Assembly (NCBI GenBank): GCA_018649885.1
Contig: JABIHA010000058.1
Coordinates: 51,510 to 71,509, forward strand
Length of the DNA stretch: 20,000 nt
Reading direction: 5' to 3'
Source of the DNA: Bacteriovoracaceae bacterium
GTDB lineage: Bacteria; Bdellovibrionota; Bacteriovoracia; Bacteriovoracales; Bacteriovoracaceae
The notes under the pieces were generated by a model. The model saw nothing but the letters and a program-made list of their open reading frames with translations. It was not told the DNA's origin and ran no database searches. Shown in pieces: positions 1-9,595 of the stretch (within the stretch, counting starts at the first letter, position 1; each line of letters starts with the position of its first letter). A program made the position numbers and the translations under genes.

Positions 1-1
1 T

Positions 2-3000
2 TTAAATATAGTCAAAGACACAGCAAATCCTGTTTCATCACTAACAACTCCTACTGGCCCACTAAAAGGTGGATCAACTGAAACAATTTCACTTGCTGGA
101 ACCGATACCGGTGGCAGCGGTGTTGCCCAAATTGCACTTCATTATGCAAGTGACGGATCAACTTTTGCTCTTGTAACAAGTGGAATATCAACAAGTGCCA
201 CGAGCTATAACTGGACCGTCCCCAGTGATGATGTCGTAACGGCTAAGCTAAAAGTCATTGTCACTGACGCCGGCGGAAATACACATCAAACGATTTCATC
301 GGCCTTTACAATTGATTCAACTGGTCCTGGTGCTCCTTCTTCAACAATGGTAAATAGTGCATACACCACGGCGGCAAGTGCAACCTTCACCATCACCAGT
401 TGTGCTGACAGATCCGCAATTTTTGTCAAAAGTACTGCAGGTGCCCCACTAGACTCAGATGCTGGTTGGCAAACATGTGCTACTACTGCTGGGGCCATAA
501 GCTATACACTAGCAACAGAAACTTCATACACCTTAAGGGTGTGGGCCAAAGATGCCCTAGGAAATGTTTCTGCAACTTCAACCGATCACAGCGTAACCAA
601 AGATAATACTAGTCCCGCAGTCTCAGTAACCGGCCCAAGTGCCACAGCAAGTAGTGGTCAAGGAAATATCACTATCACCTGGACTGCAACAGATACCAAT
701 ATAGCGACCAACCCAATCTCTCTAGATTACTCTGCTAACGGAGGAACTAGCTGGACTTCAATAGCCACTGGTGAAGCAAATGACGGCACCTATACTTGGG
801 CCTCTCCTGGATTTGATGGAACAAGCTACCGAGTGAGAGTTACCGCTATCGATCAAGCATCACTCACTACCACCTCAGAGCAGTCTTCCAACTGGACAAT
901 GGATTCAACTGACCCTGCAGCCGTGGCAGCCTCTTTTGTCATCAATGGCGGCAGTGCTACAACCAATACAAATTTTATCAATGCAGCTTTTAATGTTACA
1001 GATGCTCTCACGACTGCCACTGCTTTTTGTCTTCAAGAAAATTCAACCACTCCCCCCTCTTCGGGTGATAGTTGTTGGATTCCCTTTTCAACAATTTCGG
1101 TCACACCTTCAAGTAATGTGGCTGTGACAACTTATGGTCATCAGCTCCCCTTTGCTAACGGGGGATACGCAGTCTATTTATTTATTAAAGACGGTGTGGG
1201 AAATATTTCTGATCTCACAAATACTGGTGCTGGAACTGATGGACAAGATAAAGATAGTGTTACCTACACTCCAGGGAATGCACCTGTTGTTCAGGATATT
1301 CTTGCAACGGGCGCCGATGCTCCTACAAACCCTCCAACCTCAGGTGAAAAGACAGTTACCTCAGGTTCTGATCTCTATATCAAATGGAATGCCAGTGATG
1401 TGGAAGACGCCGACTCTACACTCACAATAAATCTATACTACACCACTGATGACTCTACTTGGACCAGTATTGCAGCAGGACTAACGAACGCCCAAAATGG
1501 TACTTGTACAGTTAACCATGGTTCAACAACTGCCGATGACAATGCTACTGGTTGCTACAAATGGACAACTGGCTCCCCTACTTCTTCTTACTATCGTGTA
1601 AAAGTCGAAGTGGCCGATTCAGCTTCTTCATTAAACTACGCAACTTCTGATTCAATTAACGTGCCATTTTTAAGAACTATTGCTGGCAAAACCGGTGATG
1701 GTATTGGAGCAAGTGCAACTTCAGCAGTTGTTGGAACTGGGAATCCCGGTATAACAGCTCCTGATGTAAGATCATTTGTTGTCAGAGGTGATGGCACCGT
1801 TTATTTTCGTGATATAAGTAAAGGGATTTTAAAAGTTGACCCCATTACGGGAATATTATCAGTGTATATTCCCTATACTGGTACCTACTCAGGAGAAGGT
1901 GGCGCGCCTACAAGTGCTACGCTTAATTACGTGGAAGGCATTGTACTCGATTATAATGATGATCTATACATAAGAATGACGGACCGGATTTTAAAGGTTG
2001 ATTTTACTGCAAATACTATCTCAACTTGGATTGGTGGTGGCTCTGATTACAGTGACACAATTGTCACTCCAACAAACCTTGCCTTTACTGCTCCTCCAGC
2101 TACAGCTGCTTACCGCTCTTATGTTGATCATGACCCTTTCTTTTTTACTCCCAACGGTGATTTTTATTTTGCCTCTGAGAGAATTCTAGCTTTTGGTACT
2201 TATGACGGAGCAGGAGGAACTAGTAATAATAAATCTAGAATAAGAAAGTTTGTTGCCAGCAGCGGACAAGTTGCTTCAATTGATCCGGGAGGTACAGGTA
2301 TCGCCGGACTACCAACACAAGATTTATCAAAATGTAGTCTTTTTAATTTTGCTGTTAAGTTTGACCTATCAACTTCTGCCTTTACAAGTGCCATCACAAT
2401 GGCGACAGGGAGGCCTAGTCTTGGAGGAGAATCAGCTACAGGGTGTGAGACCAACGTTTTGCCAGCTTACACCGCAACTCTAAACCCAACAACCTTTCAA
2501 AGTCTGGGCTCTGCGAATGCCTTTACACACCCCGCGGTGTCCACATGGTGGCAATGGGGTAGCCGCTTTGTACAGGGTATGAATGGAGAGCTATATATGC
2601 TGATGCGTGAGACCTCAACGGTTTACCAATATAATTCTTCAACCAAATCATTTGACATAATAATTGGTACTGGAAGCAGAGGAACTTGTGCAGATGGAAC
2701 AGCTGCCACCAGCTGTACTGTAGACCCTTGGGATTTATTCGTTTCTTCTGCCGGTACAATTTACCTTCTCGATAACGGTGTTATTAGAACCATCGACTCT
2801 AGTGGAAATCTTCAAACAATTTTTTTCCAATCAAAATTTTATGGTGATGGTGGAGTTGCAACTAATGCCCGCCTCAATCAAGTACAAAATATTAAACTGT
2901 GGAGAGACGGCTCCACAGACAAAGTTGTCGCCTACGATGTAGGTGAATTTAGATTTAGAGAATTTGCTGTGGATGGAAATATTAATACCATTGTTGGAAA

Positions 3001-3847
3001 TGGTGATAGCTATGGAAAACACAGCCTTGGCTCATCCATTTTAGGTAAGCACTATGCTGTATCTTATGGCCAACCCATGCCTAATTTTGGTCTAGATAGT
3101 TCAGGGAATCTTTATCTTCCTATAAACGATTACGTTGTCAAAACCAATAGAACTTCAGGGCTATGGGAAAGCTGGCTTGGTAACCCGACAAGCGGTACCA
3201 CCTATTCACTTGCCGATGGAACAAATGATGTCGATATTGAATCGGGTTACTTCCCTCAATTCATTGGTAATAACGGTACCGATTTTCTTGTCACTAAAGG
3301 GACTTACAATGGCACAAGTTTTCCCGATAACACTGTTTTAAAAACCTATAATATCACCACCGCTACTCAGGGGCATGTCGCAGGGATCGTTGGTACCAGC
3401 CAATACGCAAATCTTTTCAATTGCGCAAATGGCGCTGCTTATTCAACATGTGATTTTGCTACACTATCAGCCACTTTAGCAATGTATTGGCCATGGGATA
3501 GTAACAATAGTCGTTTTATTGGAGCTCAAAATGGCAAAAAAGATCTCTATGCTGTTGCAGCTGGTGGAACAAAAACTGTGATCGCCTCAGTTGCCCAAAA
3601 TATACATGGACTAGCTTATAATACGACAGCAGATATCATTTACTACTGTAGTACGGATACTGGTAGAATTTATCAATACAATGTTGGCACCACAACGGAA
3701 ACTGCACTCAATTGGCCAATAACCTCTATGGCATGCACCAGAAATAATTTGATTTATAATCCCAATGGAGATGGAGGCAATGGCTCACTTATTTTTGTCT
3801 ATACATTGAACAATCAGCAGGCCATTGGCGAATATCTCAATCCTTAA
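2..3847 (+). CDS. Large exported/surface protein (5' truncated by window): tandem Ig-like domains followed by a C-terminal NHL-like beta-propeller region
   Basis: The frame is open from base 2 (LNIVKDTANPVSSL...TDAGGN...IDSTGPGAPSSTM) into the listed ORF at 347, so the true start lies upstream. Ig-type domain boundaries recur: KDTANP, IDSTGP, KDNTSP, MDSTDP, with WAKDALGN/FIKDGVGN. From about 1660 there are NHL-like blades (TIAGKTGDG, GEGGAPTSATL, IIGTGSRGTCADG, YGDGGVATNARLN). Thr/Ser/Gly-rich. Stop TAA 3845-3847. Confidence 0.8.
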   Translation, partial: LNIVKDTANPVSSLTTPTGPLKGGSTETISLAGTDTGGSGVAQIALHYASDGSTFALVTSGISTSATSYNWTVPSDDVVTAKLKVIVTDAGGNTHQTISSAFTIDSTGPGAPSSTMVNSAYTTAASATFTITSCADRSAIFVKSTAGAPLDSDAGWQTCATTAGAISYTLATETSYTLRVWAKDALGNVSATSTDHSVTKDNTSPAVSVTGPSATASSGQGNITITWTATDTNIATNPISLDYSANGGTSWTSIATGEANDGTYTWASPGFDGTSYRVRVTAIDQASLTTTSEQSSNWTMDSTDPAAVAASFVINGGSATTNTNFINAAFNVTDALTTATAFCLQENSTTPPSSGDSCWIPFSTISVTPSSNVAVTTYGHQLPFANGGYAVYLFIKDGVGNISDLTNTGAGTDGQDKDSVTYTPGNAPVVQDILATGADAPTNPPTSGEKTVTSGSDLYIKWNASDVEDADSTLTINLYYTTDDSTWTSIAAGLTNAQNGTCTVNHGSTTADDNATGCYKWTTGSPTSSYYRVKVEVADSASSLNYATSDSINVPFLRTIAGKTGDGIGASATSAVVGTGNPGITAPDVRSFVVRGDGTVYFRDISKGILKVDPITGILSVYIPYTGTYSGEGGAPTSATLNYVEGIVLDYNDDLYIRMTDRILKVDFTANTISTWIGGGSDYSDTIVTPTNLAFTAPPATAAYRSYVDHDPFFFTPNGDFYFASERILAFGTYDGAGGTSNNKSRIRKFVASSGQVASIDPGGTGIAGLPTQDLSKCSLFNFAVKFDLSTSAFTSAITMATGRPSLGGESATGCETNVLPAYTATLNPTTFQSLGSANAFTHPAVSTWWQWGSRFVQGMNGELYMLMRETSTVYQYNSSTKSFDIIIGTGSRGTCADGTAATSCTVDPWDLFVSSAGTIYLLDNGVIRTIDSSGNLQTIFFQSKFYGDGGVATNARLNQVQNIKLWRDGSTDKVVAYDVGEFRFREFAVDGNINTIVGNGDSYGKHSLGSSILGKHYAVSYGQPMPNFGLDSSGNLYLPINDYVVKTNRTSGLWESWLGNPTSGTTYSLADGTNDVDIESGYFPQFIGNNGTDFLVTKGTYNGTSFPDNTVLKTYNITTATQGHVAGIVGTSQYANLFNCANGAAYSTCDFATLSATLAMYWPWDSNNSRFIGAQNGKKDLYAVAAGGTKTVIASVAQNIHGLAYNTTADIIYYCSTDTGRIYQYNVGTTTETALNWPITSMACTRNNLIYNPNGDGGNGSLIFVYTLNNQQAIGEYLNP

Positions 3848-4742
3848 AATCTAATGTAAATCTCTCATGCAAAAAATCAACAAGACCCTTAAGCCTTGCA
3901 GGCATATACTGTTTGTCATAATAAAGTAAGTGAATAGGAACCCTATAAGGGGCCCACTTGTCTAAGACTTCAACTAGCACTCCACTGGCCACTTCCTCCC
4001 TACAGTAAACTTCAGGAAGCCTTACAACACCTAGTCCTTTTAAGGCGGCATTCTTTAATGCGCGGCCATTTTTACAAGAATATTTTCCTGAAACGCTAAC
4101 TTCTTTAATCGTTTTTTGGTTTTTGCGATTGGTAAAAGACCAAGTTGAAATACTTCCAGTGAGACAATTATGCTTTTTTAAATCCTTTGGACAATCTAGA
4201 GCTGGCGCGGAAGATAGATAGTCCTTACTGGCCAAAACACTCATGCAGGCAAATCCTAGTCCTCTTGCCATAAACTCTGAATCTTCTAATTTCCCCAAAC
4301 GCACAATAAGGTCATACTTGTCTTTAACCAAGTCAACCCGAGAGCTATTGAAGTCTATCTCAAGTTCAACTTCCCTATGGAGGGCCGCAAAATCAGCAAG
4401 AAGCGGAGCTATTATATCTTCACCAATAATACCTCCCACACAATTTATTAAAATCTTTCCCTTCATTTCTTCTGAGTTGTCCAAAACCTCTTCGACGGCG
4501 CCAGCAATGCCTCCAAGGGCCTCTTTGCAACGCCTATAGAATTTATGCCCATCCGCAGTCAGACTGAGTGACCTTGTAGTTCGAATTACCAATTGAACTG
4601 ACAGCTCGCTTTCCAAGTTCTTTAATTGCTTAGATAGATGACCCCTGGAAACACCCAAGGCCTGGGCTGCTTTAGTAAAACTTCCATAATTTCCGATAGT
4701 TACAAAGGATTTGATATCCTCTAGCTTAAGATTATTACTCAT
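3837..4742 (-). CDS. LysR-family transcriptional regulator (CrgA/DmlR-like)
   Basis: N-terminal HTH GSFTKAAQALGVSRGHLSKQLKNLESELSVQLVIRTTRSLSLT, followed by a substrate-binding domain (VDLVKDKYDLIVRLG, AALKGLGVVRLP). ATG 4742 is preferred over 4772 because it gives the usual distance to the HTH and about 301 aa. Confidence 0.95.
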   Translation of the reverse strand: MSNNLKLEDIKSFVTIGNYGSFTKAAQALGVSRGHLSKQLKNLESELSVQLVIRTTRSLSLTADGHKFYRRCKEALGGIAGAVEEVLDNSEEMKGKILINCVGGIIGEDIIAPLLADFAALHREVELEIDFNSSRVDLVKDKYDLIVRLGKLEDSEFMARGLGFACMSVLASKDYLSSAPALDCPKDLKKHNCLTGSISTWSFTNRKNQKTIKEVSVSGKYSCKNGRALKNAALKGLGVVRLPEVYCREEVASGVLVEVLDKWAPYRVPIHLLYYDKQYMPARLKGLVDFLHERFTLDFKD

Positions 4743-4753
4743 ATAGAAACTAT
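4731..4753. promoter_or_regulatory. Possible LysR box (T-N11-A, imperfect dyad) overlapping the LysR start codon
   Basis: attattac-tcatata-gaaactat, with T4736-N11-A4748 and a 5/8 dyad match. The position is typical of LysR autoregulatory sites, but the AT-rich background makes this weak. Confidence 0.3.
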
Positions 4754-4836
4754 TATTTTCATTATAGGTCATTTACGCACAATACTTCTAAGCTTAAAAA
4801 CAATCAACCAAATTTAACAAACCCAAAGGAATTAAC

Positions 4837-5250
4837 ATGAAAATTTTAATCACTCTTTGCATCACCTTAGTATCCTCACTCAGTTACGCTGGAGGAAAAT
4901 ACAGCTCAAAAAACTTTGTCATCTGTGCCATCACAAACACAAGCTGGACTCAATTTTCGAAAACAGGAATCTATAGTCCTGATTCACTCTCCGAAGAAGG
5001 CTTTATCCATTTCTCAAAACCAGATCAGTTGAAATATGTCATGAATAAGTATTTAACAGCTGATTCCTACGTGCTCGCCATTTCGAGTAAGGGTAAACTA
5101 GGCAAAGGGCTTGTATATGAAAGTACCGGTGCCTTGGCCTTTTATCCTCACCTTTACCGACCTCTGCTGTTTGAAGAGTTAATCACCACCATAAGTATTG
5201 TAAGAAACCATGATGGTACATTTAGTTTGCCTGAAGAATTTAGATTATAG
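4837..5250 (+). CDS. DUF952-like protein with an N-terminal signal peptide
   Basis: Motifs YSPDSLSEEGFIHFS..DQ and LVYE....FYPHLYRPL match the DUF952 pattern (GFIHxS / FPHLYGPL). N-terminus MKILITLCITLVSSLSYA looks like a Sec signal. RBS AAAGGA 4825-4830. Confidence 0.8.
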   Translation: MKILITLCITLVSSLSYAGGKYSSKNFVICAITNTSWTQFSKTGIYSPDSLSEEGFIHFSKPDQLKYVMNKYLTADSYVLAISSKGKLGKGLVYESTGALAFYPHLYRPLLFEELITTISIVRNHDGTFSLPEEFRL

Positions 5251-5410
5251 GCAGGCAACGGGGGGCATCCCACAAAGCGAAGTCCCCTCTTCTAAACGCG
5301 ATGTGCGTCATTAAAATGCTATGACTAACCCTTCAAAATAATTAAGAGGAGCATTACGCCCAGCTAAGTTTTCTGGAACTTCCAAATGAGACATGTTAAC
5401 AATCTAGCCC

Positions 5411-6952
5411 ATGGATAATACAGACGATTTAATCAAAACTGAGTTTTCAGAGCAAGAGCTTGAAAATGCCCTTAAGGTACTAAAAAGCTTTAGTGAAAAT
5501 AGCGAGCAGCTTACTGTTTTGTCTGAAGAACAAAGAGTTGATCTACTTAAAGCATCTGGGAAACTCTCAAGACCAGACCGAGAAGAAATTAGAAAAAGAC
5601 AAAAAGATGTGAAACGTCTTCGAAGACAAGTTACCAAGTCAGAAAATAAAAGAGCAAGAAGGGCCACAGGTATACGCTCAGCTAGAGAAGTTGATGTATT
5701 TGTCGCTCCTAAAATGATTGAAAATGCTAACACCAATGACTCACCTGAGCGTGAGTACAATACTCCACACGATTGTTATGTATGTAGAGCAAAGTTCACG
5801 AGTGTTCACCACTTCTACGATACAATGTGCAAAAGCTGTGCTGACATAAATTATTTTAAACGCTATCAAAAAGCCGATCTCACAGGCCAGGTCGCCTTGA
5901 TCACTGGATCTAGACTTAAAATTGGATACCAGGCCACTCTCCTACTCCTTAGAGCAGGTGCAACGGTCATTGCCACAACTCGCTTTCCCGTTGATTCGGC
6001 CCTTAGATACTCAAAAGAGCCAGAATTTGAAAAATGGGGTCACCGCCTTCAAATTTATGGGCTGGATCTTAGACACACCCCAAGCGTAGAGATTTTTGCT
6101 ACATATATTGAAAAGACATATGAGCGTCTAGATATTCTCATTAACAATGCGGCCCAAACAGTCAGAAGGCCTAGTGGATTTTACTCCCATCTTATGGAAT
6201 ATGAAAGAAACCCAGAGAGGGTTTTAACTGCTGGGGCAACAAGTCTTTTGTCAAAGCATCACGCGTGTATAGGAAAACTTGAGGCGCACATATCTGGTGA
6301 CAAAAATTTACCCGTTGCCTGGCATAGTGACGCTCCAGGAGTTGGAATTCGTGCATCAGCGGAGCTTTCTCAGATCCCCTATAGCTTTGATAACTCACTT
6401 GTTAGTGACGAAGTATTTCCTGTAGGAGAGCTCGACTGTGATCTTCAACAAGTTGATCTTAGAAAATCCAATAGCTGGAGGTTAAGACTTGGAGAAATTC
6501 AAGCACCTGAGATGCTTGAGGTTCAGCTAGTCAATGCTGTAGCACCATTTGTCCTGGTTAATCGTTTAATCAAACTTATGAGAAAAGACTACACTGGAAA
6601 AAAACATATTGTGAATGTGACGGCGATGGAGGGGAAGTTTCACCGCTTTAAAAAAGAAGACCGCCACCCTCACACAAATATGGCCAAAGCTGCACTCAAT
6701 ATGATGACCCACACTTCGGCGTTAGATTTTGCAAAAGATGGGATTTACATGAATGCTGTGGATACGGGCTGGGTTACAGATGAAGACCCTGCAATATTGT
6801 CCAATAAGAAAGTTGAGATTCACGATTTTCAACCACCACTTGATATTGTCGACGGTGCAGCAAGAGTATGTGACCCTTTCTTTGATGGAATTAATACAGG
6901 TAAGCATTGGTGTGGTAAATTTTTAAAAGATTACTTTCCTATTGATTGGTAG
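5411..6952 (+). CDS. Atypical SDR-family oxidoreductase with N-terminal extension and C4 Zn-finger
   Basis: Rossmann motif [40 protein letters not shown] and [12 protein letters not shown]...CKSC lies upstream of the Rossmann fold. Confidence 0.88.
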   Translation: MDNTDDLIKTEFSEQELENALKVLKSFSENSEQLTVLSEEQRVDLLKASGKLSRPDREEIRKRQKDVKRLRRQVTKSENKRARRATGIRSAREVDVFVAPKMIENANTNDSPEREYNTPHDCYVCRAKFTSVHHFYDTMCKSCADINYFKRYQKADLTGQVALITGSRLKIGYQATLLLLRAGATVIATTRFPVDSALRYSKEPEFEKWGHRLQIYGLDLRHTPSVEIFATYIEKTYERLDILINNAAQTVRRPSGFYSHLMEYERNPERVLTAGATSLLSKHHACIGKLEAHISGDKNLPVAWHSDAPGVGIRASAELSQIPYSFDNSLVSDEVFPVGELDCDLQQVDLRKSNSWRLRLGEIQAPEMLEVQLVNAVAPFVLVNRLIKLMRKDYTGKKHIVNVTAMEGKFHRFKKEDRHPHTNMAKAALNMMTHTSALDFAKDGIYMNAVDTGWVTDEDPAILSNKKVEIHDFQPPLDIVDGAARVCDPFFDGINTGKHWCGKFLKDYFPIDW

Positions 6953-6953
6953 C

Positions 6954-7361
6954 TCACTTCAAAATTTTAATTTCTTTTTGGAGGCGTGTAACTTCCTTTT
7001 GGTGGGAAACAATAAATTGTTGTGAGGCAGGTCGATCTAGATCTTTTTGCCAATAATCAAGAGAAGCTTCAGCACTTTTCAGTAAATCTGGAAGCATCTT
7101 CTTCGCCTCGGCATTAGAAATACGCGTGATCCCCTCATCAGTATATCCATTGCCTACACCAGACTCTGAGTCGTGATCATAGTGATAGATATAATAAGTA
7201 AGGCAGTGCTGACACTTTCTTAGTTCACCATCTGTAGCATATCCACCAATGGTACTAAGCTCACTTACCTCTTTAGGTAACCTCTTAGGCGTGTGAAGCT
7301 TTTCCACCATCAAAGTCTTTGGAATATTTTTGCAGCTAGAGCAATTTTCAAAATCAGTCAT
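6954..7361 (-). CDS. Hypothetical 135-aa protein with two CxxC motifs (putative Zn-binding)
   Basis: Starting at ATG 7361 removes the overlap with the upstream gene. It has CSSC near the N-terminus, LRKCQHCLTYY in the middle and a helical C-terminus. Stop TGA 6954-6956. Confidence 0.7.
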   Translation of the reverse strand: MTDFENCSSCKNIPKTLMVEKLHTPKRLPKEVSELSTIGGYATDGELRKCQHCLTYYIYHYDHDSESGVGNGYTDEGITRISNAEAKKMLPDLLKSAEASLDYWQKDLDRPASQQFIVSHQKEVTRLQKEIKILK

Positions 7362-7428
7362 ATAGTTATTATATTCAATAATCGATGGATCGAAAGTAAG
7401 TTCTATAACAGACAAAAATGAACAGAGA

Positions 7429-8592
7429 CTAAAACTGGATATTAGTGATGGGACAGATAAACTCAGACAGACGCATCTTGTAGTCCTGTTCAAACTCTTC
7501 TCTTGAAATGTATGCAAGCTCGGAAAATTTAGATTTCTTTATATCTGCAATAAGATCATAGGGAAGATCTTGTTCGAAAGTGTCTAGCCCGTCATCAAGT
7601 TCATTTAAAAGTGTCTTAAATCCTCTAATATAGCCAAAAGCTTGGTCTTGTCTTTTGTATCCTTCAAAAAGGGCCGCCACTATCTCAGCTTTTTCGGTCA
7701 GTGATAAAAGACTACTTTCCCCTAAAACCTTGCCCCAATCATCCATAAATGGCCCCACCGGAATCAAAAACTTGTAGGATTTTCGTATACACTTAGGTTG
7801 CCTCATAGACATGTGGCGATGATTTTCTTTTGAGCAAAATTCTTTGTTAACTTTTCCTGTGTAAACCAAAATGGGTGAATAGGCGCTATTGAGAGTATGA
7901 CCTAGCTTGTAGATTTCCTGATAAAATGGATCACTAGAATCCATCTGCCATTGGTCTACCACCCTATCTAGGTCTCCGAAGTTATGGGCCATAAGGGGAG
8001 CCGCTCGTAAAAAATTTAAGTGGTCTCGGTCTTCTCTCAATTGAAGTAGTATCTTTTCTTCTTTTCTAATTTCAAGGAGAATAAGCTCCGCCATTTGTGA
8101 GGCCAACTGGGTTTTGCGATTTTTAACAAGAGCGCAGTATGCACCGATGGCCACACTCAACCAGGTACCTTCATGAGTGCTCATAACTTGATGGTTTAAG
8201 CTATTATAGGATTTTCTATTGGTAACCTGTGAGTAATCCCACTCCCAAGAGGCCATAGTGGTTTTTGCCATCTTCTCTATAAATTTTAGAATCTGTCCGT
8301 GTTTCCAAAGGCCTTCTCGAATTTGATTATCAACGTCTGTGGGAACAAAGGTTCCAGCAGTACTCCAATGGGCGCAAAGGCAGATATGAAAATATTCGGC
8401 TAAATCAATATTTTTTAAGAGTTTTAGGTTTTTTTTATAGAAGCGGAGTTTTTCTAGGTATTCACATTTTGGAGATTTGCTATCGATCTCCCCTTTAAAT
8501 AAAAAGGGGGCGGTATTTTCCACGTGCTGTAAAAGGATATTAGGTGATATCCCACTCAGTACGGTTCCCGATTGTAGTTTCTTTTTTGCCAT
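7429..8592 (-). CDS. Hypothetical soluble protein (387 aa) with His/Asp/Glu motifs; no family recognised
   Basis: Long uninterrupted ORF with ATG at 8592 (MAKKKL). Motifs: CAHWSTAGTFVPTDVD, STHEGTW, AHNFGDLDR, ENHRH, PVGPFMDDWG. Confidence 0.8.
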   Translation of the reverse strand: MAKKKLQSGTVLSGISPNILLQHVENTAPFLFKGEIDSKSPKCEYLEKLRFYKKNLKLLKNIDLAEYFHICLCAHWSTAGTFVPTDVDNQIREGLWKHGQILKFIEKMAKTTMASWEWDYSQVTNRKSYNSLNHQVMSTHEGTWLSVAIGAYCALVKNRKTQLASQMAELILLEIRKEEKILLQLREDRDHLNFLRAAPLMAHNFGDLDRVVDQWQMDSSDPFYQEIYKLGHTLNSAYSPILVYTGKVNKEFCSKENHRHMSMRQPKCIRKSYKFLIPVGPFMDDWGKVLGESSLLSLTEKAEIVAALFEGYKRQDQAFGYIRGFKTLLNELDDGLDTFEQDLPYDLIADIKKSKFSELAYISREEFEQDYKMRLSEFICPITNIQF

Positions 8593-8737
8593 GCCCGAGT
8601 CATACCACGACAAGCTCAAAAAAATGACCAAAAACCACTATTTCTATCAATTTTTAAATAGTTAGACTTGCTAGAAAGAAATGAAATTACGTAATGGGTG
8701 TGTTACAAAAGCTCAGCTCATAGAAGGTACAAGATAG

Positions 8738-9595
8738 ATGTTAGACAAAATATCAATCAGATTAAACAAATACATTGCTCAAAGTGGCATGTGCTCGAGA
8801 CGTGAGGCAGATCGTTACATTGACGAAGGCAAAGTTATCATCAATGGCAAACAGGCCGGCGTGGGTGACCAGGTATTCCCAGGTGATAGCGTAAACGTTA
8901 ATGGAAAAAAGATTGAGCCCCGAGATGAGGAACGCTTGATTTTCCTTGCTTTAAATAAACCAATTGGCATAGTTAGTACCACTGAGAGTAGCGAGCGAAG
9001 CAATATTGTAGACTTCGTAGGTCACCCCACCCGCATTTTTCCCATTGGTCGTTTGGATAAAGATTCACAAGGCTTGATCTTTCTTACTAATAATGGAGAT
9101 CTGGTCAATAAGATTCTTCGCGCTGGCAACAATCACGAGAAAGAGTACCTAGTCACAGTAAATAGGCACATTACCGAGGACTTCCTTAAGGGTATGAGTA
9201 GCGGTGTACCCATTCTAGGAGTTATGACAAAAAAATGTAAGGTTCAAAAAGAATCTACAGATGTTTTTAGAATTACACTTATTCAGGGAATGAATCGCCA
9301 AATTCGCCGTATGTGTGAACATTTTAATTTTGAGGTAACGAGGCTTGAGCGCGTTCGAATTATGAATGTGGGCCTTAAAGATTTGCCTGTTGGGGACTGG
9401 CGAGATCTATCGCAAGATGAGTTGAAGACACTATTTACACTAACAGAAGACTCGTCTTCCGCTTCCGCGAAGGAAGCAAAAAAGAAGAATTCTCCAAAGC
9501 GATCAAAAAGGCCATCTAAAGAATTTAAGTTTAAAATCGACAGTGAACCAAAAAAGAGATTGGGGCACTCGAGCAAAAAACAAAGAAGACGATAG
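8738..9595 (+). CDS. rluF: 23S rRNA pseudouridine(2604) synthase RluF
   Basis: S4 domain [18 protein letters not shown] and catalytic [20 protein letters not shown]. RluF-typical [18 protein letters not shown] and [13 protein letters not shown] are present, with a basic C-terminal tail. Confidence 0.93.
   Translation: MLDKISIRLNKYIAQSGMCSRREADRYIDEGKVIINGKQAGVGDQVFPGDSVNVNGKKIEPRDEERLIFLALNKPIGIVSTTESSERSNIVDFVGHPTRIFPIGRLDKDSQGLIFLTNNGDLVNKILRAGNNHEKEYLVTVNRHITEDFLKGMSSGVPILGVMTKKCKVQKESTDVFRITLIQGMNRQIRRMCEHFNFEVTRLERVRIMNVGLKDLPVGDWRDLSQDELKTLFTLTEDSSSASAKEAKKKNSPKRSKRPSKEFKFKIDSEPKKRLGHSSKKQRRR

Noticed and set aside
347..349. ATG 347 as start of the large surface protein
   Set aside because: The frame is open and Ig-like back to base 2, and no signal peptide follows this Met.
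7362..7517. N-terminal extension of the 187-aa ORF call
   Set aside because: It overlaps the 3' end of the 387-aa gene in another frame. ATG 7361 gives a clean non-overlapping gene.
8686..8695. Palindrome attacgtaat between the 387-aa gene and rluF
   Set aside because: Only 10 bp, single occurrence, and expected by chance at this composition.
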